A stretch of DNA of 64,000 bases, from assembly GCA_964016885.1 (NCBI GenBank), contig OZ024740.1, positions 238,948,001-239,012,000 of the forward strand, written 5' to 3'. Positions 10,204 to 22,921 of the stretch are shown piece by piece. Position numbers and translations under genes: made by a program. The notes beneath the pieces are model-generated. The model saw only the letters and a list, made by a program, of their open reading frames with translations, did no database searches and was not told the DNA's origin. The DNA is from Eledone cirrhosa. Taxonomy: Eukaryota. Every line of letters begins with the position of its first letter. Position 1 is the first letter of the stretch.

Positions 10204-13200
10204 TTCTTCTAAAAAAGTCTTAGTCCATTCTGACAAAACTAATAATTTATACGGCGTAACTAGAGATAATTATAATAACCTTATCTTTAAGGAACTAAGG
10301 AAGAACTATCACAAAACCAACCTTGAGAACCTTGAATCTATTAATTTTGAAGCTTTTGAGATTATTTCTAATCTTGGTATCGAGAAAAAGACTGAACTGA
10401 ACCCTTCTTTCCAAGAACTCCGAGGATAAATCTTAAATATCACAAAAGTAATTTTCGAACTGAACTGCCTGTAAGACTAATCGCCCCCACTAAATCCGAT
10501 CTGGGGGTGGTTAGTAAATCCATCTTGGATAGAATTATCCCACAGGTTCGTTCTAACTGCTCTAATTCTAACTTAAATTTATGGATGGGTACATCTGATG
10601 TAATAAAAATGACCTGAATAATAAAAACAAACAAAAATTTGTTCAGTTTGACATCGCCAGTTACTATTCTTCTATTTCGCCTTCACTCCTTAACAAAGCT
10701 CTCTCTTATGCGTTTAAATATTCAGACATCATCATAGATGCATTGAACATCATTCTCGTCGCAAGAAAAACTATCCTGGAATTCAACAACGAATATTGGA
10801 CTAGAGCTAATACTTCCAACAATTTTGACATCACCATGGGTTCATCGGACTCTGCGCAATTGACAGACTTGGTTGGAATTTTCATCTTGAACTCTATAAA
10901 GCGGAAAATTCCTCAACTTCGCGGTGGAATTTATCGTGACGATGCCCTTTTTTACTGTCTTAAACTGTAACTTAGTAAACCTTAATATTATCAAGAACAA
11001 TATACTTGATCTATTTAAGCACCATAACCTAAAAATTGAATTTGAGAACAACGTTAAATTAGCTAACTTCCTGGATATATCCCTTAATCTTGACACCGGC
11101 CTATATTACTCTTACCATAAAGATAATGAGAATCTGAACTATGTTAATTATAAATCAAACCACCCTATTAATGTTAAGAATGCTATAGTCAGAAATGTTG
11201 AAAAAAGAATCTCTAATCTATCTTCTAATAAACTTATCTTTGACGCTGAAGCCAATTATTACAATAATGCGCTTTCCAGAGCTGGTTACAGAATTAATAC
11301 AATAATGAAACCAATCATGGTAGAACCTATAGTAACATAGCTAGTTATAAGCATTCCAATAGCATAAAGAGAAGACCTAGATATAAAAATATTATTTGGT
11401 ACAACGCTCCTTTTTCTCTTTCTACTATTAGTAATATTCCTAAACTATTTTTTAGGGCGCTAGCTAATTGCTTCCCTCCTTCACATATTTATAGTAAGAT
11501 CTTTAATAAGCATACAATTAAATTCTCTTATTCCACCACTTCCAACATCTCTAACATTATCTCTAAGCATAATACTAAAATATTAAATAATAAATCATAC
11601 CCATCCAACCCTGAGCGTCATAGTAATAACAACATTAGGCCCGACGTCAATGTAAACTCTAGACAAGACTCCTTAAATACAAATACGACGTCAAACGTAA
11701 TTTCGTTGAATGCTCCTAATACTAATCTAAATCAGGAAACATTAGCACCTCTTGTAGGTAATTTCTCCAATACAATTCCTTCTATAAATAACTCTGGGCC
11801 ACTTGCAAATAACTCTGTTAATAACATTAATCGTAAATGCAATTGCCTTAATAGAACTAAATGTCCTCTTAATAATCACTGTCTCGATAAGAATTTAGTA
11901 TACGAATGTAAGGTGATAACTAGCACAAATTCTTACACCTACTTTGGCTCTACTTCTACTTCCTTTAAGGCGAGATTATATAACCATTCTTCATCTTTTA
12001 AATACCCACTTAAAAGAACAAACACTGCTCTCTCAGAACTCATCTGGTCCTTAAAAGACAAAAACATTAAGTACAACATTTCTTGGAGAAAAATTTGCAA
12101 CGCTTCCTCTTATTTCAATGCTTCCCTATCCAGAACTTGTAATTTATGCCTAGCGGAAAAATTTACCATTATCTCTAATTTTAATTCTATAATAAATAGA
12201 CGCACAGATTTATTTTCGCTTTGCATCCATAAATCGCTTAGGTCATTTCACAAAGTATACAGCTAATATCTTACTCCATAATTAAGATTAAAATCTTTTT
12301 CTCACACAAATATATTTTTTTACACATATACCTTTTTTTCTACCATATTTCACTGCATTCTACAAAAGTTCATTCATACTATAACATTTTTGGTCCCCTA
12401 ATTGTTTAATTTTTTAATTTCTTTTAATAATTTTTTGTAATTTTTTAACCTTTTAATTCACTATAGCACATTTCTTCTTGGTGATACAAATTTTTCTTTT
12501 AAATAGTTCATCTTTATATCATTTTTTTCTCAACATTACTTTTTCCCAATTTTTTACTTCAAATCTATTAATATTAGCATTAGGTGAATTTTGTAAACAA
12601 ATTTTTGACGTAATGTTTTTTTCTTCCTCGTAGTTTTTCGTTTTTCTCTCTTTCCATGCTTGAATAAACTTAAATAATTACTTTTTCTATTACAATCTAT
12701 TGAATTCTCTCTATATCAGCCTGTAGATCGAGGAAAAGGAGGAGGAGAGGAAAGGAGTACAAGCTCTTCGTACTCCTGAAGATGAGGGTTGCACATTTTT
12801 TTCGGGGGTATGTGTTACCCATATAAACTGTCTCCCTCTATTGGGGAAAATCGACTAACTTTTAAATTCCATCTGTGATAACATTTTACACGTTTTTATT
12901 GTATGTAAACTTCCCCCTTTGTATTTGTCCCCTTCTTTTGTGCCCCTGTGGCTAATAAAGAAATAAATCTATTGAAACAAACTAGGACCCTATATCGTCT
13001 TCTAAGCTTATAAATCATCTAATTTTATTTTCATTCACCTTATCTTATTTCACTTTATTTTATCTTAATAATACTTTTTTAATAAATTTTTGCACTTCTT
13101 AATAAATCCTTCACCATTTAAACCCTAACTAAATAGTATACTTAATTTCTATATCCGTAATCATAAGCATCATCATCCATAAACCTCACTTTTAAATTTA

Positions 13201-13648
13201 ACCTTAACTTTTAAATTTAAAATCTTATTAATTTATTTAATTTATTAATAAATTTTACAACCGTTTTTTCAGTTATTTCTCTGTGTGAGACAGCGTTTCT
13301 CAGTTTAAATGTTTAGCTCTCTCTCTTTCTCTCCTCTCGCTTTCTTTCTCCTTCATCCTTCTTATAATCTTCCTCCGTTATCCTTTCCTTCTTTTTTCTT
13401 TTTTCATTTTCTTCCTCTTCCGTACCTTTCTCCCCTTCCTTTCCTTTTTCCCAATCTCCTATATCCTTTCAAATTTATTTATCATATGTTGTTTAGACAC
13501 TACCTTGCTCACAAGTGTTTTTTTAAGATTCATATCATGTCTCCCTATTTTATCTGATGAGAACGCAAATATCGTCCCTGGATGATATTTGTTTTTGAAA
13601 TGCGCATAATAAAATACATGGAACTTTTTTAACCATTTTTAATTTGTT

Positions 13649-13650
<2 letters not shown>
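10204..13650 (+). mobile_element. Penelope-like retroelement with long 3' region/pLTR
   Basis: Motifs DKTNNLY, QFDIASYYSSI, FDITMGSSDSAQLTDLVG, IYRDD, NFLDISL; ORF 11706-12266 CNCx5CPLxxxC..VY..YFG..CNLCLAEK..RxDxxxxCxH (GIY-YIG variant); hammerhead near the end; ends in (TA)n. Confidence 0.9.
13546..13616 (+). ncRNA. Minimal type I hammerhead ribozyme in PLE pLTR
   Basis: Stem I TATTTTAT/ATAAAATA; CTGATGA at 13554-13560; long stem II; GAAA at 13597-13600; palindromic helix III TGCGCA; UA cleavage site at 13607-13608. Confidence 0.85.
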
Positions 13651-13712
<62 letters not shown>

Positions 13713-14271
13713 TTAATTCAGCGAGAATCGCATTTCGGCGGGTAGAAAAAGCGAAATGAAACGCAAGTCAAACGACCAGATTTCAACCCCAACATCTACA
13801 ACAACAACACCGACACTAATGTTTACAGCAACAACAGCTTCAGAATGAAATGAACATTTACAACAACAGCGACATCAAGCGTAAAACAAAAAGAAAAACA
13901 AAAATAACACACACAACACAACAACATCAACTGCCACCACCATCACCACCACCATCCACCGCCACCATCACCATCACCATCACCAGCGACCGGGCCTTAA
14001 GAAAACAACTTTAATAATAATAATTTTTCTGCTTTTGGCACGGAGCCATCGATTGTCTCAGCGCATTACTGGTACTCTCTTTTGTTGACTCCGTGGGGAT
14101 GAAAGGCAAGGTTGACCTTGGCGGGATTTGAACTCGGAGCGTGGAGGACCATAGCTCTATGCTGTAAAGCAATTATAATAATACTGAACGGTAACATGAA
14201 CGGCTTCAACTGTACGAACTCTTTCGAAAGTCAACAGTTGACATAATCTTTTGTATCAGTATTGACGGTAA

Positions 14272-14959
14272 TCTGTATATATATAAAGACAAATGTATGT
14301 GTGTGTGTGCGGACAATTTTTAATGAGGGCTCATATATTCTAAACCATTCATGCGATTTCTTCGAAATTTTTTACAGAGCTTCTCCTTGCACAAAACCTG
14401 TACATGATCTACAAAGACTTTCAAAAATCGATATTGGGGCCTTTGGAGACATTAAAAAAGTTTCGGTTATTTGTGTCAATTTTCGTGATTGGGTAAGACA
14501 AGAGTTATCTTTTGTAATTCGGCTAATTCGGATTTTAATTTACTCTTTGTACTTGAAACAAAAGGTACACTTCTTTGACACTAACAATATCATTTTGTAT
14601 ATTTCACCACCAGCAATTTCTAACAGATTACTAAGTTAAGTTATAGATTTGACTTTGTATAATTTATCGTTTCAAGCTTGATGTTCATACATTAAGTGAT
14701 GTCATAACTTTTACAATATTATGCTTTGTACATAATAGTGTCTATTATTCACTTCACTTCTCTATTTAATGATGCGATTTTACTGTTGTCAAAAAAGACA
14801 CCGAGCTCACATATTAATTATTTCGCTGGAATAGTGCCTAAGGTTTTCATGTTTACACAAAGTACGTTTTTCTTCTAAATATTCAAATTTACTTTGTTTA
14901 GTTTAATGAGCTACATCGAAAGCTACTTGAACCGTCCAAAGGACGAGTAGTTTAGCTAG
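14272..14959 (+). mobile_element. Non-autonomous Helitron
   Basis: A|TC 5' end followed by (TA)-rich run; 3' hairpin CGTCC-AAA-GGACG about 10 nt before CTAG|T; no TSD. Confidence 0.65.
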
Positions 14960-15109
14960 TATATATATGTGTGTGTGTGTGTGTAAGTGAGTAGCGTGTG
15001 TGTGTTTGTTTGTATGCATGAGTGTTGGTGTGTACGCGCGTATGTATGTGTGCGTGTGCGCGTGTGTGTATGTCGTACGTATGAGTGTCAATAATTGAGT
15101 TTTTTTTAT

Positions 15110-18100
15110 ATGCGCGGGGACATAGAAATAGTCGGGCTGGATACCCGATCGCGCAGTTAAACCACTGGGAGTGAAGAACCCCTAGCCCTTTCCAGGGCAT
15201 TCTTCTGGAAAGGAAGAGATGAAGGAACCAGAAGAGAGGCTGGGGTAGCATTTACTGTTAAGACTGTTCTTGTGAATAAATTAGAAGAATTCCCAGTAGG
15301 GATTAGTGAGCGTCTTATGTCCACGAGAATTCCGCTGGACAAAGGAAGATATGCGACCCTGGTGAGTGTGTATGCTCCAACTATGAATTCTGTCGATGAA
15401 GAAAAAGTGTCCTTTTACCATACATTGAAAGATGTTTTAAGAAATATCCCCCAGGCAGACAAAGTCATCGTACTTGGTGACTTTAATGCTAGAGTGGAAT
15501 GTAATCGGAAGACATGTGGTGGGAAAGTGTAACAACAATGGTATGCTCCTGCTGCAGATGTGTGAGGAGCTGGATCTCTGTGTTATCAACACCATGTTCC
15601 AACAAAAGAAAACATTTAAGACTACATGGATGCATCCTGCATCTAAGGAATGGCATCTTTTGGACTACGTCTTAGTCAGGATGCGTGACAGACGGGATGT
15701 ACAGTGTGTTCGTGCTCTTCGTGGAGCTGAGTGCTGGACGGACCCCCGCCTGGTACGCGCAAAAGTGAAACTAATCACTAAACGTAAAATCCGAGCTCCT
15801 GGTGTTGCCCTGCCCAGGAGATTGAATGCTGCTCGTCTTAGGGATAAACATGTGAAGAGGACATTGCGAGAAGAGATGCAGGTTGCAGATCTTGGTGAGG
15901 ATTGGCCGACCCTTAAAAAGTCGGTTTATGATGTAGGCAGGCGTGTTCTGGGATTGGTGCAGAGAAAACATCAACACTGGTTTAATGAGAATGATGAACA
16001 TATAGAAGACTTGTTGGCTGATAAGAGGCGTGCTCTGTCACGCTATTTGACGGCAAAACCACAAGAGAAGAATATGTTGTATACGGAACTCAAGGATGTG
16101 AAATCACGTGTTAGGCGGAGTCTTTCTCAGATGAAGGATAAGTGGTGGAGTGAGAAGGCTGATGAGATACAAACTGCGTCAGATTCCAATAACACAAAGC
16201 TGTTGTACAGTCTCTTGCGTGAAGTTTAAGGACCGTCTTCTTCTCTGGTGACACCGCTATGCAGCAAGGATGGCAAAAAACTTCTTCGTGACTCACAAGG
16301 AATTCTACGAAGGTGGCGAGAGCCCTTTCATGAGCTTTTGAATCAGCCGTCTGTCGTCAATGAAGATTTCCTCAATCTCATTCCAGAAAGTCCTGTGAAA
16401 GTAGCTCTCGCAGAACCTCCGATGCTTGTGGAGGTTGCAGTGGCTATCCTATCTCGAAGCTGAACAGTGGAAGGTCTCCAGGTATGGATGGCATACATGC
16501 AGAGCGCCTACAATATCGCGGTGAGAGACTCCTGCAAGATCTTCACTCTTTGTTTGGAAGGATATGGGCTAATGAATCCATACCTGAGGACTGGAAAGGT
16601 GCAGTAATGGTGGTCTTGTACAAGGGAAAGGGTAACAGGAATGATTGTGGGAACTACAGAGGTATATCATTGCTTTCTGTCGTAGGGAAACTTTTATGTA
16701 GGGTGCTTCTGGACCGTCTGCTGACACACATTGCAGATTGTGTTCTACCTGAAAGTCAATCTGGTTTTCGTGCTGGACGCGGCACTACTGATATGATATT
16801 CTCAGCTAGACAGCTCCAGGAGAAGTGCATGGAACAAGGTTTGGATCTGTATCAAGTTTTTGTCGATCTGACAAAAGCTTTCGATACTGTTAACAGAAAT
16901 GCATTATGGAAGGTTCTCCATAAACTTGGTTGCCCTGATAAGTTCCTTGCTTTAGTTAGGTCTTTCCATGACGACATAAAGGCTTGGCTTAATGTCGGAG
17001 GTAACATGTCGGAGCCTATCTCAGTAAAAAATGGAGTGAAACAGGGGGATATTCCAGCACCGACCCTGTTTGTCATATACTTTGCAATGGTTTTCTATAT
17101 TGCATTCAGGAACTGCGAGCATGGTGTTTACATCCGATATCGAACCTCAGGCAGCATATTTAGCATCAGGCGCTTTGCTGCAAAAACAAAAGTATTTACA
17201 TCAATCATAAGAGACCTCTTGTATGCAGATGATTGCGATCTTGTAGCGCACATAGATAGTGATATGCATCACATTTTGAATGCATTTTCTGATGCTTGCA
17301 CTGCCCTAGGATTGACTGTCAGTCTCAAGAAAATCGTCGTCATGTACCAACCTGCCCCTGGTAAGCAGTACAGTGAACCAAATATCTATGTGTATGGTAA
17401 ACGACTTGGAGTGGTTGATCAGTTTGTCTACCTGGGAAGCACTGTCAATCGATACAGCAACTTTGATAGTGAAATCTCACTTAGGATTAGGAAAGCAAGT
17501 GATGCTTTCAGAAAACTAGAAAGGCGACTCTGGGGTCGGCGAGACATATGCAAGAAGACAAAGGTAAAGATCTACAAAGCATGTGTGCTCTCTTCTCTTC
17601 TTTATGCCTGCGAAACCTGGGTCACATATCGACACCACCTTAAGTAATTGGAGCGTTTCCATCAGATGTGTCTCAGACGGATCCATGTCTTTCACTGGAA
17701 GGATCACACCAGTGATGTCGAGATTTTGGAAAGCTCTCTGTGTGACAGTATAGAAGCTCTTGTGCTTAAGCAACAACTCCGTTGGAGTGGTCACCTTGCC
17801 AGGATGAAGGATTCTAGAATACCAAAACAACTCTTTTATGGAGAGTTAGTTAAAGGAAAACGACCGCCACATAAACCAAAAAAGAGGTATAAGGATTCGT
17901 TGAAAGCCTCTTTGAAAACCGCTAACATATCTGCTGATACATGGGAAAATGTTGCTGTTGATCGTAATAAATGGAGAAAGGCTGTATATGAGGGAAAAGT
18001 TACCTTTGAGGCATCTCGAATCGCATACGAAAAAGTAAAGAGGGATGTGAGGAAGGGCATTACTGTTGCACTTCCAGACGGCGAGGGTCCTCCTATGGTG

Positions 18101-18403
18101 CTGACATGCAATGTCTGTGCGAGACTCTGCCTAAGCAAAGCTGGACTCGAAAGTCATCTTCGCAGTCATAAAGTAAGACCAGTGGTTGACTACCAGGCTG
18201 CTGTTGGAGATGCTACTCATCATGCTTGCCAAGCATGTGGTAGAGAATGTAAATCAGCGGGAGGGTTCAAACGACATGCAAAAGTACATGAACTCCAGTC
18301 ATAGCCGGCTATTTCCAGTGAATGTTTTGGTTGCCAACTCTGTGCAAAACATTTTAGATCATTGGCTGGGCTAAAAAGCCACATTCGATCGCAGCGCTGT
18401 TAA
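15110..18403 (+). mobile_element. RTE-clade LINE (APE + RT + C2H2 fingers), disrupted ORF
   Basis: APE motifs SVYAPTM, VLGDFNARV, LLDYVLVR; RT motifs NYRGISLLS, QSGFR, FVDLTKAFD, GVKQG, LLYADD, YLGS; C-terminal C2H2 fingers; several stops and frameshifts. Confidence 0.95.
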
Positions 18404-18443
18404 TTGCTATCGTGTGTGTGTGTAGATATGTTTATGTGTGTGC

Positions 18444-18503
<60 letters not shown>

Positions 18504-18512
18504 GTTGTTATT

Positions 18513-20963
18513 CCTTGAATCTCAGTCATTGATGTTGGTTAACTGGAAAGTCCGTTGGATTGAATATCAAGCCACTACCTGCAGCCTCAGATATTCAGGA
18601 CGTATCGGAGGGTTCTTGCTGTTCCAAGCAAGCATGCCTTTTGAAGCGTTCCAAAAAGCGTGAAGGGGCCGATTTTCTTTAACCATCCCTGGAAATTTTT
18701 GGAGATAGTTCCCAGTGCGCCTATGACAATCGGGATCACTTTGACTTCATGGCAGTTCCAAATCCTTTTCACCTCCCACTTTAGGTCCTGGTATCGGTTA
18801 ATTTTCTCCCTCTCCTTCTCTTGCACTCTCGTGTCGAACGGGCAGGCCACATCCACAATCAGACACGATCTTTTTTCTTTGTCCACAACCACCAGGTCAG
18901 GTCTATTGTGTTCCAGTTTTTTGTCCGTCTGTATCCTAAAATCCCACAGCACCTTCACCTGATTGTTCTCCATCACCGCCTCTGGCCTATGCTCATACCA
19001 TTTCTCAGAATGTGGTAAATTGTTTACTTTGCACAGGTGCCAGTGGATCACCCTGCCCATCACATCGTGTCTCCAGCCCTTATAGTGGGTCTGGGCTAGG
19101 TGTTTACACTCGGACACAATGTGAGCCACAGTCTCCTCTCTCTCTCCACAGATCCTGCACAGTGGGCTAGCCTCCTCCTTGTAAATATGGTGCTTCAACC
19201 ACTTCGTTTTGAGGGCCTGCTCCTGCGCAGCCATTAGCATTCCTTCTGTAGCCTTTTTGAGGTCTCCTCTTCTCAACCAGTTCCATGTCTGTGGATCTCT
19301 AAATTCAGTTTTCTCAAAGAAGGTACTATGAAGGGATTTTCCCTTAAGGCTGCTCTTCCTCCTTGATGTTATTTCCTCCTTGGACATCCCCTGGCCTACT
19401 GTCCCCTCCTTCAGTACAGTTCTGTGCATTGGCTCCTTACTATAGGTCACGTATTTGTATAGGTTGTTTTTCTCCATCTGAACACAGTCCTCTATGCTGA
19501 TAAGACCTCTTCCACCCTCAGATCTCCTTAGGTAGAGTCTATCGACATCACTCCTCTTGTGGAACATGTTGTAGATAGTCAATAGCTTCCTAGTCTTCCT
19601 ATCCATTTCTTTTTGTTCAGCAACATTCCATCTCAGAATTCCCGCACTGTACCTAATAATAGACACAGCTCGGGAATTTACTGCGCTTATGGCATTTCTG
19701 CTGTTCAGATGTGACTTCAATACGCTCCTTACTCTCCGAATGTATTCAGTTCTTAACAATTCCTTCATTTTTTTGTTCTTTATGCCATCAGCCTCCAGAA
19801 CGCCCAAATACTTGTATCCCTCCTCAGAGTCAATTTCCTTTATCATCTCACCTGTTGGTATCTGGATCCCGTTACTTCTGCTCAACCTACCCCTCCTCAT
19901 CACAATGACTCCACATTTACCAATACCAAACTGCATACATATATCACTGCTGAAAATACGGACAGTGTCAACAAGCACATCCAACTCCTTCTCACTTTTC
20001 CCGAAGAGCTTAAGATCGTCCATGAAGAGGAGGTGATTGATGGTAAGCTCTCCCCTTCCCAACCTGTATCCTGCTCTCACTTTTCGCAGCATAATGGTCA
20101 AGGGCATCAGGGCAAGGACAAACAACAGAGGGGACAGGCTATCTCCCTCTCTTGATCTTCACGCTTCCCAAGGATACTCCAGTTGATGTCAACTCTGTCT
20201 CCCAGGACCCCATACTCCTGCCTAGCAACTGTCTGATGTTATCTGCCACCCTGAAGATCTCCAGGCTTTTGGTGATCCAAGAATGAGGCACCATGTTAAA
20301 ATGCCTTTCTGTAGTCTATCCATCCCATGGCAAGATCAGTGTGTCTCCTCCTGCAATTCCCCATTACCATCTTATCAATAAGCAACTGGTCCTTTGTACC
20401 ACGTGACTTCTTTCGGCATCCTTTCTGTTCGTCCGGTAACAAGTTGTTTGTGTGGAGGTGATGGTAGATTTCCTCAGACACAATGCTCGTCAACAGTTTC
20501 CACATTACAGACAGACATGTGATAGGTCTATAGTTGGTAACATCATTACCCTTGATTCGGTCTTTCATTATCAGAACTGTGGTACCTTTTGTCAACCACT
20601 CTGGCACCTCACCCGACACCAAGCAGTCATTGAACATGGCCGTCAGCTTCGGGTGGAGGGATGTTAAATGTTTAATCCAATACCCCTGCACACCATCTGG
20701 GCCTGGTGATTTCCAGTTGGTTAGTTTTTTGGCCTGCCCCTTAAGAGTTTCAACTGTGATACTCAAATCAGTTTGTTGTTGTGCCTGCTCACCGATCTCC
20801 CTCTGTACTGTCTCAATCCACCCTGCCTGGACATTATGTCTAACATCCTGCTCCCATATTCCTCTCCAGAATGTTTTAGTTTGCTCCGCCCCAGGGATCA
20901 AGTCGTTGCCTCTTTCTTTGCCCTCAAGCTGTCCAAACAGCATCTTCTGGTTGTTGTCGAACA
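18513..20963 (-). mobile_element. R4/Dong-clade RLE non-LTR retrotransposon family B in (TAA)n
   Basis: ORF 18587-20125 (HLLFMDDLKL, CRIC..HIVSEC, RHD, NRPDLVV, DVACP) and the 20296-20963 part (NYRPITCL, QKGCRKKSRGTKDQLLIDK, WIDYRKAF); both flanks are (TTA)n. Confidence 0.95.
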
Positions 20964-21138
20964 TTATTATTATTATTATTATTATTATTGTTGTTGCTGT
21001 CGTTATTATTATTGTTGTTATTATTATTATTATTATTATTGTTATTATTATGGTTTTTTTTTCTCGTGCAATGGTCATACTCGATAACGAGGGGGCAGCC
21101 ATCATGTATGTATGTATGTATATGCATGTGTAAGTATA

Positions 21139-21485
21139 TGCGCGGAGACATAAAAATAGTCGGCTGGATACCCGATCGCGCGGTTAAACCATTGGCAGTG
21201 AAGGACCCCTAGCCCTTGTCAGGGCATTCTTCTAGGAGAAGGCAACTCAGGAAACTGGGATAACTCCGACATAAAACCTGCGGCTCAGTAGTTACCGATG
21301 ATGTTGATTTTTTCTTCTTTTCGGGTTATAGCTACTGTCGCTAAGAGAGTGGGATTGGCTCAGTGCACAGTCTTTCCTCACTTTAAAAAAATGTTCACGC
21401 ACAGGCATTGCACGATAGAATTAATTAATAATTATTAATTAATCATGCAATGGCCATACTCGATAACGAGGGGGCAGCCATCATG
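21139..21485 (+). mobile_element. Short non-autonomous RTE derivative (5' UTR joined to 3' tail)
   Basis: First ~95 nt match the RTE 5' end at 15110-15206; ends GCAATGGCCATACTCGATAACGAGGGGGCAGCCATCA followed by (TGTA)n. Confidence 0.8.
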
Positions 21486-21497
21486 TATGTATGTATG

Positions 21498-22921
21498 TCT
21501 CTCTTTCTCTTAATTTCGAGTACATTTTTGATTGGCCACCTTCCTGGTGGCAAGGTTGTAAATGAAAAGAAATTGTCATCCCTTGAATCGCAAGAATGTT
21601 TTACAAATTTTGAAGGTGCCAGATATCGCGACCATTTGTTGTCTATGAATTAGGGAGTTGCGCTCTTTGTCCACAAATCCAAGTTCAGTATACTTTGGTC
21701 CAAGCGGGTTGGTATATAGGCTGTAGCTCCAATAATGACCGTTGACATCAAGTAGGCAGCTGATCTCTACAACAGAGCACGCTTTCAATGTGTGGTCCCG
21801 GTTGTGCTTTAATTTGGTGGAAGTTTTTATTTTCAGGTTCACCAGTATTCGTTAGTGCCATCTGTCTCAACATATTCCTCCTCATTAGTTTTTAATTTCT
21901 TTTCCTCAATGCGTTCCAGATGGTTCTAGCTATCACATCGTGTCTCATAGGGAGGTAGTAACAAGACGATATTCTTCCACAGTTAGCAATAATTTGGCTA
22001 ACATCTTCGATCTTTGTTTTACATAGCCTACATTTATTGTCGACTCATGGCCCTCCTCTTCTGTGTAGTAGATATTTGGTAGGGATTTCTTGTTCCTGTA
22101 TTGCATAGAGATATCCTTCAAGGCGGGATGTTATAAACTTCTCGGAACTCCATGCCAAGCTTTTTTAATGATGTATCCCCTCTATGATCTGTGCTTTTCG
22201 TCATAACTATCTCTGTGAATTGGTCCTTTTTTTTAATCTTGTTCTAGCATTGAATAGGATGTGTTCCTAGGAGAGAGATTTATATCAGGTCTTATTCCAT
22301 ATCTTTCCTCCAGATCAGTGGCTAACCTAATGATATTATTGCCCTGTGCCAAAAAGTAGAAACATTTATTACCTTCATGCTAATAAACCTTGCTGACCTT
22401 TTTCTCCTGTAAATATGTTGCTTCAGTGTTACTATCCGGGTCTCGTATGATGTTAATATGGATTTTAGACCCCGGCCACCTTCCTTGCGTGAGAAGTATA
22501 GCCTATCCACATCACAATTGATGTTAAAGTTCCCAGTAACACTGAGCAGCTAACGAGTCCTTATATCTAGTTCACTTAGTTCTTGCAATGACCAGTTGAG
22601 CAGGCCAAATGCTGGTGTTAGAATTGGCACATCAAATGTATTGTGGGCAATGTACTTGTACGTTGAGAGTTCTGATGACCATATTTTCTTAACTCTCCTG
22701 GTTCTCTCCTTATTTATGGGTCCATCATATCTGACATTCTCATCCTGTTCAAGGTATCTGTAGTTGTCACCTGACTGTAGAGGTTGTATTGTCAAGCCGT
22801 TCATCTCTAGATTTCCAGAGGAAGACACAACACTTCCACGTTTTATTGTCAAATATGCACATTTGGAGTCACCAAATTTCATTCTGATGCCTGTAGAAAA
22901 TTATGTAATGAGGTCCAATTG
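21498..22921 (-). mobile_element. R4/Dong-clade family A, older diverged copy 4
   Basis: Same 3' UTR and FKICKTFLRFKG* end as 4574-9364 but with indels and stops; again flanked by (TATG)n on both sides. Confidence 0.9.
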
